Shown piece by piece: positions 36,201 through 49,900 of a DNA stretch of 64,000 nt. The stretch's first letter is position 1, and every line of letters begins with the position of its first letter. A program made the translations under genes and the position numbers. Source of the stretch: Deltaproteobacteria bacterium (GTDB lineage Bacteria; Myxococcota; Kuafuiibacteriia; Kuafuiibacteriales; Kuafuiibacteriaceae); NCBI GenBank assembly GCA_040218735.1, contig JAVJQW010000038.1, positions 224,001 to 288,000 on the forward strand, in the 5' to 3' direction. The notes beneath the pieces were generated by a model. The model was not told the origin of the DNA, did not search any database, and saw only the letters and a program-made list of their open reading frames with translations.

Positions 36201-36395
36201 CCGAACTTCTTCATCCCGGTCGACGACGAGCCGGGGGTCTACGAGACGCCGCTGACGGACATCGCGGACGGGGACTGGCGCCGCCAGATCGAGCTGCTCC
36301 GCGCGTACGTCATCGAGCTCGGGTACAAGAAGAAGATGGGCGAGGCCGAGTCGGCCGAGTCCAAGCCGAAGAAGAAGAAGAAGCGTCGCGGATAA
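33207..36395 (+). CDS. membrane-anchored multiheme cytochrome c (8 CxxCH)
   Basis: CHTCH, CTTCH, CFNCH, CTGCH, CRGCH, CFGCH, CSGCH, CLNCH; N-terminal TM plus coiled coil; repeated MPxF motifs. Confidence 0.92.
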   Translation: MAKKKTRLEEESYRLWFFIIGQLLMLSMVWLVYQEFFSRRPWKDVQLGWFQVEKARANKNLEAEQKFLKSGTLTVKDEDGEEEEIDVGERVATLQKEIAELEGAIVDSPKYVEFTRLKQELAEAEIVVKDEEMRLAFSKADEDEYYYYYRHAKHAGHDDHIAEAEAEYEARHKIVLEKSAIYDAATAKRDAILDKVAAFQTELNAKKAELAKFESGLAAAQRTVDSTKEQWTSIEQFWNQEIDLVDRCHTCHVGWNKCGYAHPEEILNAVLYEGQKAADIRKFYCVTRTEAEAYMEAAEEIRDSWYEDEKLTFEDVKDKLYTAGAPEDAAEKVTEPVLATAMNLGVKQSDADVLYRTHPDYWGLMTKHPVQTYGCTTCHYGQGRQTKGVALNYLAAYLWDGARHLAPFDHATSDHYWIEQILDNDRNHTEASCFNCHEKDYELDFAPNLTEGRKLVQHLGCTGCHPLGELDPERNHGPPLTAVKSKIDVAWMNAWIQNPHQIRSRTRMPNFWPTAVDKEGKRDASRNDCNAFDYAKGGPPAPAVWMNCADQRDEESGYIMAYLLDQSEEPTMPTMPASADAAKGQEIVEKVGCRGCHNLDEWTQASHMPGSEARDLAPNLTEIGDKLKNPGWIYQWVKNPKGWWKHTRMPSLRLTDEEAWNVAAYLSGKSAKSYQLPARTQAAMDKDDAAERGKKLIGYYGCFGCHDIKGFEGQSRIGADLTLFGSKLPHKLDFGDVEELISDPHNQTWEAWLRQKLAAPRSYTYERATTRMPKFQLTDREIDQIVLFLKSQNEMDKDYPEHVKHMQDERDVAIQRGEYLLDAYNCSGCHLIDKQGIDVDGDHKMDGGDIFRLYAGTDDQYRAPPKLIREGAKVYPDWFYKFLKEPFKLRENYEIRMPTFQFDDETAQQIVAYFAAKANTGYPYVEKKVDVLSAADRATADKLFNEAQCLNCHTLGGDPPTDPKNVAPNLTLTYERLQYDWLFHWFKNPQEQQPGVGMPNFFIPVDDEPGVYETPLTDIADGDWRRQIELLRAYVIELGYKKKMGEAESAESKPKKKKKRRG

Positions 36396-36399
36396 CACC

Positions 36400-36951
36400 T
36401 TGCCCCTCCTCGGGCTGCTTGCGGCGATGACGGTCACCACTACGGTGACCGTCGAGACCCCCGAAGGTGTGCGCCCCGCGGTGCACGCCGTCCTCTACCA
36501 AGTCGAACCCAAACCCGCGGCCGCGCCGCGGGAGCGCACCCCTCCGCTCGAGCTGCGCTGCACGCCGCGTGGTGTGGAGCCGGAGGTGTCCGTGCTCGTG
36601 GGGTCACGGCGCGTGGTCGTGCTCAACGACCGCGCGGCGTTGACGCACGTGCGGATCGAGCAGGCGTCGGGGTTGGTGTTGCTGACGGCGACGTTGGTGT
36701 CGCGCGGCCAGCGGACGCCGCAAGTCAGGCTTCGCCCGGGCCGCGTACGAATCACGTGTCGGGTCGAGGGGGCGTCTGCGGACGGCTTCGTCCTGGCGCT
36801 CCCGCACACGCGGTACGCCGTGAGCGACGAGGCCGGCGCGGTGCGCTTCGAGGCCGACGAGGGATCGCGGTGGCGGGCGTGGCACCCGCGGCTCGGCCGG
36901 ATCGACTACACCCAGACGGCCTCGGCGTCGCTGTCCCGGCCGACGTTCTGA
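36400..36951 (+). CDS. hypothetical secreted beta-sandwich protein
   Basis: Signal-like N-terminus; HTRYAVSDEAG...AWHPRLG pattern. Confidence 0.55.
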   Translation: MPLLGLLAAMTVTTTVTVETPEGVRPAVHAVLYQVEPKPAAAPRERTPPLELRCTPRGVEPEVSVLVGSRRVVVLNDRAALTHVRIEQASGLVLLTATLVSRGQRTPQVRLRPGRVRITCRVEGASADGFVLALPHTRYAVSDEAGAVRFEADEGSRWRAWHPRLGRIDYTQTASASLSRPTF

Positions 36952-36979
36952 GACCATCTGCGGTATCGTCGCGTGCGTC

Positions 36980-40729
<3,750 letters not shown>

Positions 40730-40828
40730 TGGTGCGGGGCTCGTAGCGCCGTTGCGGTGAGGGCTGGGGCTCGGGCTGGGGCTCGGGCAAGGGGGCGTTG
40801 AGTCGACCGGAGGGCCTTGCCCCGGTTG

Positions 40829-42130
40829 TTAGATCGCCGGTTGTTCGCAGGGGCCGATGACGCCGGTGGGATCGATCGGGCCGCCCGCCTGGTCCGCGGT
40901 CGACGAGGTGTTGGTGCGCAGGATGCCCTGGTCCCACCCCGCCGGGATGACGCCGTTCTGCGCGCGGGCGCCGATCGCCATCGCGGGGGCGGTGATCTCG
41001 ACGTTGCTGAAGGTCGTCGCCGGGAGCGTCTGGCCCGCGACGTCGATTAGGAGTCCGGCGCGTCCGCTGTTGGTGATCGTGATGTCCTCGTACGACGAGC
41101 CCGGCGTGGGGCCGACGATCTGGATCCCGTCGCCGAACGGCACCGCGGTGGTCTCGAGCACGAGCTGAATGAGCTGCGTGTCGCGCACCTCGAGGTCGTG
41201 CAGCGCGAGGCTCGCGGAGTCGAGCGCGACCACCGCGCCGCTGCCGTTGCCGACGAGGCTCCCGCTCACCTCCAGCGCGTCCGCCGACTGCGCCCACACC
41301 GCCGGTTTGTCGTTGTTGATCGCGGTGAGGCCGAGGTGCGCGGCGAGCGGCCGGGTCCCCGCCGCGCCCGCGTGCACCAAACCGAAGCCCTCGTTCTCCT
41401 GCACGCTCAACCCCAGGGTGTCGACGGTGACCTGACCGTCGAAGTACGCGGCGTATCCGTGCGGGAGCGCCGGCGGCGCGCAGGTTCGGTCGAGCGCGAT
41501 GTCCTCGAGCATCACCGTCCCGGCCTGAGCGAACACGCCGACGTTCATGTTGTTGTTTGCGTCACCGCCCGTCCACGTCACCGCGGAGTTGAACGCCGCC
41601 ACGCCCGCGACCGAGAAGCGCTGCACCGTCACGTTCGTGAGCTGCGCGTCGGCGACGTCCGTGATGCGGAGCCCGTGGGTCGCGCCGGTCGTCGCGCCGC
41701 CGCACACGGCGCTCCCGACGATCTCGACGTCCACGAGGGACGCCGTCGCGACCTGGTCGAGCTGCACGCCGATGCCCGCGTCGACCTCGACTTCGACATC
41801 TTCGATCTGCACGCTCCCCGTGCCGGCGCTCTCGATCGCGACGCCGTCAAAGAGACGCACGCGGACGTTCTGTAGGCGCGCCGGCGACCCGCCCGACTGC
41901 AGGACGATCGGGCCATCCGAAGGCCCGATCTCCACCACGCTCGCCTTGCTGACACCGACCAGCGCGACGCCGGGCGGGATGGTGACGCCGCCGAACATCG
42001 TGCACTCGGGGAGGGTGACCGTGCCACCCGTTGCGTTGGCGAGCGCGTCCGCGATCGTGTCGCGGTCGCAGGGATCGCCGGAGCATCCGACGAGCGCGAC
42101 GATCGAGCTGACGACGGCGAGCCTTCGCAC
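40829..42130 (-). CDS. right-handed beta-helix repeat lipoprotein
   Basis: Lipobox LVGC after GTG 42130; repeated LxNVxV/GV beta-helix patterns. Confidence 0.7.
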   Translation of the reverse strand: MRRLAVVSSIVALVGCSGDPCDRDTIADALANATGGTVTLPECTMFGGVTIPPGVALVGVSKASVVEIGPSDGPIVLQSGGSPARLQNVRVRLFDGVAIESAGTGSVQIEDVEVEVDAGIGVQLDQVATASLVDVEIVGSAVCGGATTGATHGLRITDVADAQLTNVTVQRFSVAGVAAFNSAVTWTGGDANNNMNVGVFAQAGTVMLEDIALDRTCAPPALPHGYAAYFDGQVTVDTLGLSVQENEGFGLVHAGAAGTRPLAAHLGLTAINNDKPAVWAQSADALEVSGSLVGNGSGAVVALDSASLALHDLEVRDTQLIQLVLETTAVPFGDGIQIVGPTPGSSYEDITITNSGRAGLLIDVAGQTLPATTFSNVEITAPAMAIGARAQNGVIPAGWDQGILRTNTSSTADQAGGPIDPTGVIGPCEQPAI

Positions 42131-42283
42131 GCCGGGGAGCTTGCCACACCGACGTCGTGCCTGGGGACGCGGAAGCGGCGCGTCGCCGCGCTCACGACCC
42201 GAATGAAATTCGCCGGACCGAGCGGAGCCCCGCACTGAAGCTCCCGCTGGCCAAAGGCTGCGCCGAAGGAAATGCGTTGAGGC

Positions 42284-42796
42284 CTACGGGATCGAGGGCG
42301 CCAGGCTGTAGTCCTTCGACGAGCCGCTGTGGCACCCCTCGCACGTCGGGTGGGCCACGCCGAAGAAGTCGTAGTCCGCCGGGTCGTCGCTCTTGCCGAT
42401 GACCTCGTACCAGGTCCACGTGTCCTTGCCCGCGCCGTCGCCGGTCTTGATCGACGCGGCGTACCCGTCGAGGTCGGTGCCGTCGTACAGCTCCTTCACC
42501 GACATCGCCCCCAACGGCATGGGGAAGGTCCCGGCGTTGAAGGCCTCGGCGTACTTGTCGTTGTAGTAGACGCGCACGTCGCCGTGCGGCCCCGTCGACT
42601 CGTGGATCGCCGGCTCCTTGCGCCAGTCGAGGTAGGTCCCGCCGAAGACGAAGTTGGCGGTCGCGATCGCGGTCGAGACGTCGGCCGTGCTCCCGTCGTT
42701 CCCGACCGGGACCGCGGTGGCGTCGGGGTTGCCGCCCGTATCGCTCGTGCCGCACGCGGCGCAGACCAGGACCATCAGCAGGCTGATTCGTCGCAT
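42284..42796 (-). CDS. cytochrome P460-like lipoprotein
   Basis: Lipobox CAAC; PHG..RVYYN, PLGAMSVKE, WTWYE and C-terminal CEGCH. Confidence 0.7.
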   Translation of the reverse strand: MRRISLLMVLVCAACGTSDTGGNPDATAVPVGNDGSTADVSTAIATANFVFGGTYLDWRKEPAIHESTGPHGDVRVYYNDKYAEAFNAGTFPMPLGAMSVKELYDGTDLDGYAASIKTGDGAGKDTWTWYEVIGKSDDPADYDFFGVAHPTCEGCHSGSSKDYSLAPSIP

Positions 42797-42878
42797 CGGT
42801 CCGGACCATCCCGCGCCTGTCGTGGTCGGGCAACCCGGCGGCCCGCGATCGCCGCGGATGCGCTATGCTCGCGCGCCC

Positions 42879-45011
42879 ATGAGCGCGCGGGAGAACGGAA
42901 AGGCCCCGGAGACCGGTACCGGCCGGTTCGTGAACCGCGAGCTGTCGTTCCTCGAGTTCAACCGACGCATCCTCGACGAGGCCGCGGACGCGTCCGTGCC
43001 GCTCCTGGAGCGTCTCAAGTTCGTCTCGATCGTCAGCGCGAACCTCGACGAGTTCTTCATGGTGCGCGTCGCCGGCCTCAAGCAGCAGCTCAAGAGCGGC
43101 GTGCTCGAAGCGGGCCCCGACGGGATGCTCCCGTCGGAGCAGCTCTACGCGATCCGACAGCGCGTCGCGACGCAGATCGAAGCGCAAGAGAGCTTGCTCC
43201 TCCAAGAGCTCCTCCCGCGCCTCGCCGAGGAGAAGATCCACATCCTCTCCCGCAACGACATCCCGGACGACATCCGCGCGTCGCTGCGCCCGTACTTCGA
43301 CACGCAGGTCTTCGGGATGCTGACGCCGATGGCCGTCGACCCGGGTCACCCGTTTCCGTTCCTCAAGAACCGCACGCTCAACCTCGCGGTGCACCTCCTC
43401 CCCGCGAGCAGCCCCGGCGACGCGGTGCCGCTCACCGCGGTCATCCAGGTGCCGACGCTGTTGCCGCGCTTCGTGGAGGTCGGCATCCCGGGCGACCTCG
43501 CGGTGGCGTTCGTCGAGGACGTCATCACGCTGCACGTCGACACGCTGTTCCCGGGGATGCGGATCCTGGAGTGCGCACCGTTCCGGGTGATTCGGAACTG
43601 GGACCTCTCGTTCGACGAAGACGAGCAGGAGGATCTCCTCGACACCGTGCAAAAGGAGCTGCGCAAGCGGTGGCGCCTCGACGCCGTGCGCCTCGAGGTC
43701 AGCGACGTCGCGAGCCCCGCGCTCGTCGAGCGTCTGCAGACCTCGCTGTCCCTCGAAGAAGCCGACGTGCAGCGTCACCGTGGACCCCTCGCGCTCGCGG
43801 ATCTGCGCGGACTCCTCGAACGTGTCGGGCGCTCCGATCTCCGCGACTCGCTCTTCCAGCCGGTCACGCCGCCGGACTTCCGTGACTCCGAGAACGTCTT
43901 CGCGCCGATCGCGCGCGGCGACATCCTGGTGCACCACCCCTACGAGTCGTACGAGCCGGTCCTCGACCTCCTCGAGCAGGCGGCCACCGACCCGAGTGTC
44001 CTCGCGATCAAACAGACGCTCTACCGCATGAACCGCGACTCGCCGCTGCTCGCGTCGCTGGTGCGCGCCGCCGAGAAGGGCAAGCAGGTCACCGCGCTCG
44101 TCGAGCTCAAGGCGCGCTTCGACGAGGAAGTGAACGTCGAGTGGGCGCGTCAGCTCGAAGCCGCCGGCGTACACGTCGTCTACGGGATGATCGGGCTGAA
44201 GACCCACTGCAAGGTCACACTCGTCGTCCGCCGGGAGCCGTCCGGGCTCGAGAGCTACGTGCACCTCGGCACCGGCAACTACAACGAGGAGACCGCGGCC
44301 ATCTACTCGGACCTGTCGTTCTTCACCTCGCGCCGCGACGTGTGTGAGGACATCGCGACGCTCTTCAACCTCCTCACCGGTTATTCGGCGCCGCCGAAGT
44401 GGAACAAACTCGTCGTCGCGCCGCTCGGTTTGCGCAAACGTGTGCTCGACCTGATCGAGACCGCGCGACAGTCCGCCAAGAAGGGCAAGCCGGCGAAGAT
44501 CATCATCAAGACGAACGCACTCGTCGATCGTCAGACGATCGATGCGCTGTGCAACGCGGCCAACGACGGCGTGCAAGTCACCTTGCTCGTGCGTGGACCG
44601 TGCGGCTTGAACGTCGGGGCGCCGGGCGTCAGCGACCGCATCGAGGTGCGGATGTTGATCGACCGCTTCCTCGAGCACTCGCGCGTCCTCTACTTCACCG
44701 ACGGCGACCGCGAGCGTGTCTACGTCACGAGCACGGACATCATGCCCCGCAACTTCGACCGGCGCGTGGAGGTCATGATCCCCATCGAGGACCAGCGCCT
44801 GAAGCGCCGCATCGTGGACGAGATCCTCGCGCTGGAGCTCGCCGACAACACCAAGACCTCCGTCCTCGCGCCGGACGGGCGCTACGTCCGCGTGGCCCCC
44901 GGCGACGAGCGGCCCCTGCGGGCCCAGGCGGAGCTCATCCAGCGCGCGCGCCGCCGCGCCCGGGCCCACGACCAGGGCAAGGCGAAGAAACGCAAGAAGC
45001 GGGCGAAATAG
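42879..45011 (+). CDS. ppk1: polyphosphate kinase 1
   Basis: NRELSFLEFNRR, NLDEFFMVRVAGL, DPGHPFPF, HHPYES, ELKARFDEE, KTHCK, GTGNYN, RFLEHSR. Confidence 0.97.
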   Translation: MSARENGKAPETGTGRFVNRELSFLEFNRRILDEAADASVPLLERLKFVSIVSANLDEFFMVRVAGLKQQLKSGVLEAGPDGMLPSEQLYAIRQRVATQIEAQESLLLQELLPRLAEEKIHILSRNDIPDDIRASLRPYFDTQVFGMLTPMAVDPGHPFPFLKNRTLNLAVHLLPASSPGDAVPLTAVIQVPTLLPRFVEVGIPGDLAVAFVEDVITLHVDTLFPGMRILECAPFRVIRNWDLSFDEDEQEDLLDTVQKELRKRWRLDAVRLEVSDVASPALVERLQTSLSLEEADVQRHRGPLALADLRGLLERVGRSDLRDSLFQPVTPPDFRDSENVFAPIARGDILVHHPYESYEPVLDLLEQAATDPSVLAIKQTLYRMNRDSPLLASLVRAAEKGKQVTALVELKARFDEEVNVEWARQLEAAGVHVVYGMIGLKTHCKVTLVVRREPSGLESYVHLGTGNYNEETAAIYSDLSFFTSRRDVCEDIATLFNLLTGYSAPPKWNKLVVAPLGLRKRVLDLIETARQSAKKGKPAKIIIKTNALVDRQTIDALCNAANDGVQVTLLVRGPCGLNVGAPGVSDRIEVRMLIDRFLEHSRVLYFTDGDRERVYVTSTDIMPRNFDRRVEVMIPIEDQRLKRRIVDEILALELADNTKTSVLAPDGRYVRVAPGDERPLRAQAELIQRARRRARAHDQGKAKKRKKRAK

Positions 45012-45045
45012 GCCTCCGCGGGGCTCCTGGCGGTCATCAGGGGCG

Positions 45046-45074
45046 TTGACTCGCTCTTCGAGGGGTCTTAGAAG
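45046..45074 (+). promoter_or_regulatory. putative sigma70 promoter
   Basis: TTGACT-N17-TAGAAG just upstream of ATG 45082. Confidence 0.45.
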
Positions 45075-45081
45075 CCGCGAG

Positions 45082-46179
45082 ATGATCGTTGATCTGCAAG
45101 TCAACATCGAACACGACGGCGAGGCCGTCGACCCGGCCGCGCTCGTCTCGGGCGCGAAGGCCGCGGGCCTGGACGGCGTCGTCCTCCTCAAGGACGGCGA
45201 GCTGCGACCCGACGTCGCCTCCTACGCCGAAGCCGGCGAGGCCGAGGGCCTGCGCGTCTACTCGGGCGCGCGCGTCGCGACGAACCACGGGTTGATCCTC
45301 TGCATCTTCCCCGAGTCCAATGTCGACCTGTCCGACGGCTGGGCCGAGATGGACGAGGACGTCTACGACGCGCACGCGTTGGTCGACGCGGTCGAGGAGC
45401 GGGGCGGCGTCACCGTCGCGCTGCGCCCCTACGACCGTGACGTCGCCAAGCCGATGGGCGACCACCTCTTCGCGCTGCAAGGGCTCACCGCCTGTGAGGT
45501 CGCGAACGCGTCGGTCGCCGACGTCGCCAACGACCTCGCGCTCGAAGCCGCGTCCAACATGGAGATGCCGTGCGTCGGCTCGAGCGACGCCCAGGGCACG
45601 GACGGGCTCGGTACCACGGCCACGCTCTTCCGCGAGCCGGTCACCGACGCTGCGTCACTCTGCGAAGCGATCAAGGGCGGCGACTGCTGGCCGCTCGCCT
45701 TCTCCGATCGTGCACCGCCGCCCCCGAAGCGCGAGGAGCGCAGCGGCGGACGCGGTGGTCGTGGACGTCGCGGCGGTCGCGGGCGTGATCGTGATCGTGA
45801 TCGTGAGGGCGGCGGCCGCGGTAACCGCGGCGGTCGTGGACGACGCGGCGGCGGCGGTGGTGGCGGCGGAGGCGGCGGCGGTGAGCGCGACGGCAACCGC
45901 GTGGACTACGTGCCGAACAGCGAGCGTGACGGCGGCCGAGGTGGTCGCGGGCGGCGCGGCGGACGTGGTCGCGGCCGCGGAGGTCCGAAGCGTCCGGACG
46001 ATTACGGCAACCTCGTGCTCGAGCCGCCGAAGAACGTCAACATCGACGAGAACGCCGGCAACCTGATCCGCCCGGATCATCAGGACAACATCGCCGAGGA
46101 CATCGGCAACCGCCTCGCGCCCGGCGAGGCTTCGCCGTACCGGCCGCAGGCCCCCGAGGTCTACGACGACGAGGATTGA
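45082..46179 (+). CDS. PHP-like domain protein with RG/RGG-rich C-terminal tail
   Basis: IVDLQVN, GLDGVVL, CEVAN, VGSSDAQ resemble the PHP fold; GGRGGRGRRGGRG repeats follow. Confidence 0.7.
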   Translation: MIVDLQVNIEHDGEAVDPAALVSGAKAAGLDGVVLLKDGELRPDVASYAEAGEAEGLRVYSGARVATNHGLILCIFPESNVDLSDGWAEMDEDVYDAHALVDAVEERGGVTVALRPYDRDVAKPMGDHLFALQGLTACEVANASVADVANDLALEAASNMEMPCVGSSDAQGTDGLGTTATLFREPVTDAASLCEAIKGGDCWPLAFSDRAPPPPKREERSGGRGGRGRRGGRGRDRDRDREGGGRGNRGGRGRRGGGGGGGGGGGGERDGNRVDYVPNSERDGGRGGRGRRGGRGRGRGGPKRPDDYGNLVLEPPKNVNIDENAGNLIRPDHQDNIAEDIGNRLAPGEASPYRPQAPEVYDDED

Positions 46180-46186
46180 GCCTCGC

Positions 46187-46921
46187 TCACGCGCGCGCCA
46201 CGAAGCTGAACGAACCTTCGGTGAGGTCGACGACGTCGCCGGCCCACCGCCTCAGCACGAGCGAGCGCGCCTTCTGATAAGCCGAGAAGAGCCGCGAGTC
46301 CGTCATGGTCTCGAGCGGTCTCCCCTCGCCGAGCGCCCGGTGCGCTTCGGTGAGCAGGCCCTTCTCGATGAACACCGAGCTCGAACACAGGCGCGCGTGC
46401 GAGGCGATCTCCGTCTGCAGGCCGAGGTCGCGCTCGAGGCGACCGTCGATCACCTCGATGGCGCGCAGCATCTTGCCGGCGCGGTCGCGAATCACGAGCC
46501 CGGCCGTCGGGCGCTCCAGGTCCAACGCGGCTGAGAGCTGCCGGACGTCGCGGGCCGGCCCGGGCGCGCCCCACTTCGCGGGGATCGGCGCGGAGCCGAG
46601 GAGGGCGACGGCTTCACTGGCCCGTAGCCAGCGACGCTCGTCGGCGCTCAGCGTGATGGTGTGGACGGTGCGCGGCTCGATCCGCGCGAGGAAGTCGAAC
46701 GCCGCCGCGGGCGCGTAGGGACCGATGCGTTGGCCGGCGAGGTCGGCCAGATAGATCGGGAGCGCCTCCGAAAGCCCCGGGAGGTCGCCCAGGTTCTTGT
46801 CGAAGGTGAGTAGCTCGAGCATCGCGAACGAGTCGTCCGGATCGACGCCATCGAGCGCATCGGCCACCGCGGGTTCCACGCCGCTCTCAACCCCCGGACG
46901 TGTGTCCATCATCCCGCTCAT
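46187..46921 (-). CDS. hypothetical protein
   Basis: 244 aa ORF with coding-like composition filling the gap after the kinase gene. Confidence 0.65.
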   Translation of the reverse strand: MSGMMDTRPGVESGVEPAVADALDGVDPDDSFAMLELLTFDKNLGDLPGLSEALPIYLADLAGQRIGPYAPAAAFDFLARIEPRTVHTITLSADERRWLRASEAVALLGSAPIPAKWGAPGPARDVRQLSAALDLERPTAGLVIRDRAGKMLRAIEVIDGRLERDLGLQTEIASHARLCSSSVFIEKGLLTEAHRALGEGRPLETMTDSRLFSAYQKARSLVLRRWAGDVVDLTEGSFSFVARA

Positions 46922-46964
46922 CGGCGATTCATCATGCGCCGGAAGCTTGGCGTTCGAAAGCGAG

Positions 46965-49900
46965 TCAGCCCGGGCAGAGGAGGGCCGCGTAACGGGGTGG
47001 GTTCTTGACCCCCATCTGACGGAGCGCGCGGTCGGCGTCCTCGACGAGGGTGTGTCCGGAGGACCGCCCGAGCGATTGTCCGCGCCGAAGTCGGCATACG
47101 GCGGCGTGGGCGCGCATCCCGGCGGCGTCGAAGCCTTCGGCGGCTTGTTCGAACAGCTCGGCCGCCTCGGCGGCGAGCCCGATGCCGCGGTTGGCCTGGC
47201 CGCGGATCATGAGGGCGGCGGCGATGGTCCAGGGGATGCCTTCCTTCTCCAGGCGGTCGGCGTCCTGGCGCGCGGCGGAGAGGAGCGGGCGGTGGTCGTC
47301 GGTGGTCGCGACGGCGGAGAGGGCGGCGCGCGCGCGGAGGAAGAGGGCCTCACACCGAATCACCTTCACGCGGAGGATGTTGGAGGCGCGCAGCGGCTTC
47401 CAGGTCTTCGAGACCCGGCGCCACGCGCGTCGCCCCTGGCCGGTGTACATGTCGATCTGCACGAGCGACGCGAGGGCCCACCAGTGGTGCAGGAAGAAGC
47501 CGGCCCGCACCGCCTCCGAGCGCGCGGTCTCGAGCTCGCGTTTCGCGAACGCCGGTTGGTCGGCCATTAGCAGCACCACGTTGGCGTTGCCGGACATCCT
47601 GAGGATCGTGCTCGCGTAGACGTTGTGGCGCGTGCGTGCGTCGTGGAGGGTCTCCTCCAGGACGGCGTCGAGGCCCTCGACCTGCCCGAGGTACCCGCGT
47701 GCCCAGATGCCGAACGCCATCGCGGTGGTCAGCTCCCAGTCCACCCCGGTGCACTGCGACGACAGGATCTCCACCGCCTCACGTGCGGCTTCGAGGGTCT
47801 CTTGCCAACGGGACTCGTGGTTCGAAGCGAGCACCCGTCCCAGCGCCGCAAACCCCCTGACGTACGGCGCGTCGATGCGCTCCGCGAGCTCGTCGAGCAG
47901 GCCCACGACCTCTCGCGTTCGTTCCTCGCGAGGTTTGCCGTCGCTGGTGAGGAGCGCGAGCTCCCACGCGAGCGCGCGCGCGATGCGGTTCGGGTCGCCG
48001 GCTTCGAGGGAGAGGTAGAGGTAACGCGTCGTGAAAATGCCCGCGGTGAGCGGGTCGATCATCGCGAGGCCGACGCACGCCGACCAGCACGCGTCGGCTT
48101 GCAGCAGCGTGTCGCGGTCCAGCTTGGAGCGCGGACGCTCCTCGAACGCGAGCCCCCGCTTCTTCAGGCGCGCGCGGTGCACGCGCGTCTCGGTCACCGC
48201 GCGCTGCGGTGAGTCGGGGAGCACCATCTCGTACGCGCTGAGCACTTCGTCGAGCACGCGCATCCCTTCGATGACCTTGCCGAAGCGGAGGAACTGTTCG
48301 GCCGCGCGCCGCTTCATCTCCAAAGCGTGGGTCTTCGACGGCGCCTCGGCGGCGGTCTCGAGGTAGGCGTCGGCGGCGTCCGCGCGGCCCGCGGTCTCGA
48401 GCGCCTTCGCGTGCTCCTTGAACAGCTCGTAGCGAGACTTGTCGTTCGAGGACAGCTCGATGGCTTTGCTCGACAGCGCGGCGGCCTGGTCGAACGCGAG
48501 CGCGTCGTACGATCGATTCGCGGCGCGGCGTGCGGCGTGCGCGGCTTCGTCGTTCTGTCCCGACTGCACGAGGTGCTCGACGACGAACGTCGGATCGACC
48601 TCCTCCTCGACGCCGTACGCGCGCGCGATGGCGAGGTGTTTGTTCTTGAGCTCGTCCGCCGGGAGGCGCTCGCGCACCGAGAGACGAATGCGATCGTGGT
48701 AACACTCGATCTCGTCCCCCGCCGCGGTCGGTCGCGTGCGCGCGAGGTGTTGCGTGATCAACAGCGCCGGCGCCGCGTAGTCGCGTGGGTCGAGGCCCGC
48801 CGCGCGGTTCGCGACGTCGCGCGGGAGCGGACGTCCCGCCACGGCGAGGACCTCGAGGAGACGACGTGCTTCGCGCGGCAACCCGGCGACGCGTTTGTGC
48901 ACGGCCTCGTCCAGCGTGAGCCGCGGCTTCACCGACGGCTCCTTTACTTCACTCGCCCGCTCGGCGTGTGCGTGGCGCGCGAGCTCGAAGATGAACAGCG
49001 GGCTACCGCGGGACTCACTCGCGATCGTGCGCGCGCGTTTCTCGAGCTCGTCGGCGGGCAGGGCCGGGACGGTGGCGCGCACGGCGGCGGCGTCGTCCGC
49101 CCGCGGTGGGGCGTCGGGCTCGCTCAGCATCGCTCGGGCGAGCGCGAGCGCGGCGTCGTCTTCGAGCGGACCGACGCGGAGCTCGTCCACCTCGAAGGCT
49201 TCGTCGGTCGGCGCGCGGAGCACGCGGAGGAGGCGGTTCGCGTCGCGGTCGTCGGTGCGGTACGCGGCGACGAGCATCAGCGGCGGCGCGGCCGGCGGGC
49301 GGAGCAAGTCCATCAGCAGCTCGGCGCTGTCGGTGTCGCCGAAGTGCAGGTCGTCGAGGAACAGCACCACAGGGCGTTCCTTCGTCAGCGCCGCGAGCAA
49401 CCCGCGGAACGCGGCAAACGCGCGCGTGCGGAGCTCCATCGGATCCGGCGCGGTGGCCTGCTGCGACGAGATGCCGTGGATGACGTCGACGCGGTTGAGC
49501 ACCGGGAACACACGCGCGAGCGCGCCGATGCCCTCCGGCAGCAGCGCCTTCACCTCGTCGTCGCTGCGGCGCCTCAGGGCGCGGCTGATGCCGTCGACGA
49601 GGCTGTCGAGCGCCTTGAACGGGACGAGCTCGTGTTCGTAGCAGCGCCCGGCGAAGACGTGCGCGCGACCGCGGTCGCGGAGGTCTTCGAGGAAGCTCCT
49701 TACGAGGGTGGTCTTGCCGATCCCCGCGGCCCCCGACACGTGCAGCACGACGGGGCGTCCGCTCTCGAGGCGCGCGAAGGCGTTCTCCAGCGCCTCGGCG
49801 TGGCGCTCACGTCCGACGAGGCGAGGCCCCGGGTCGAGCGCGGGCCGCGCGTACGCCGGCGTCGCGAGGTGCGGGACGCGGCCCCCCAGGCGCTCGAGGA

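Noticed and set aside
45745-45985. CGTGAT and GGC repeats as a separate DNA element
   Set aside because: Explained by the RDRDRD, poly-Gly and RGG protein tail. Synonymous codons vary and there is no inverted boundary.
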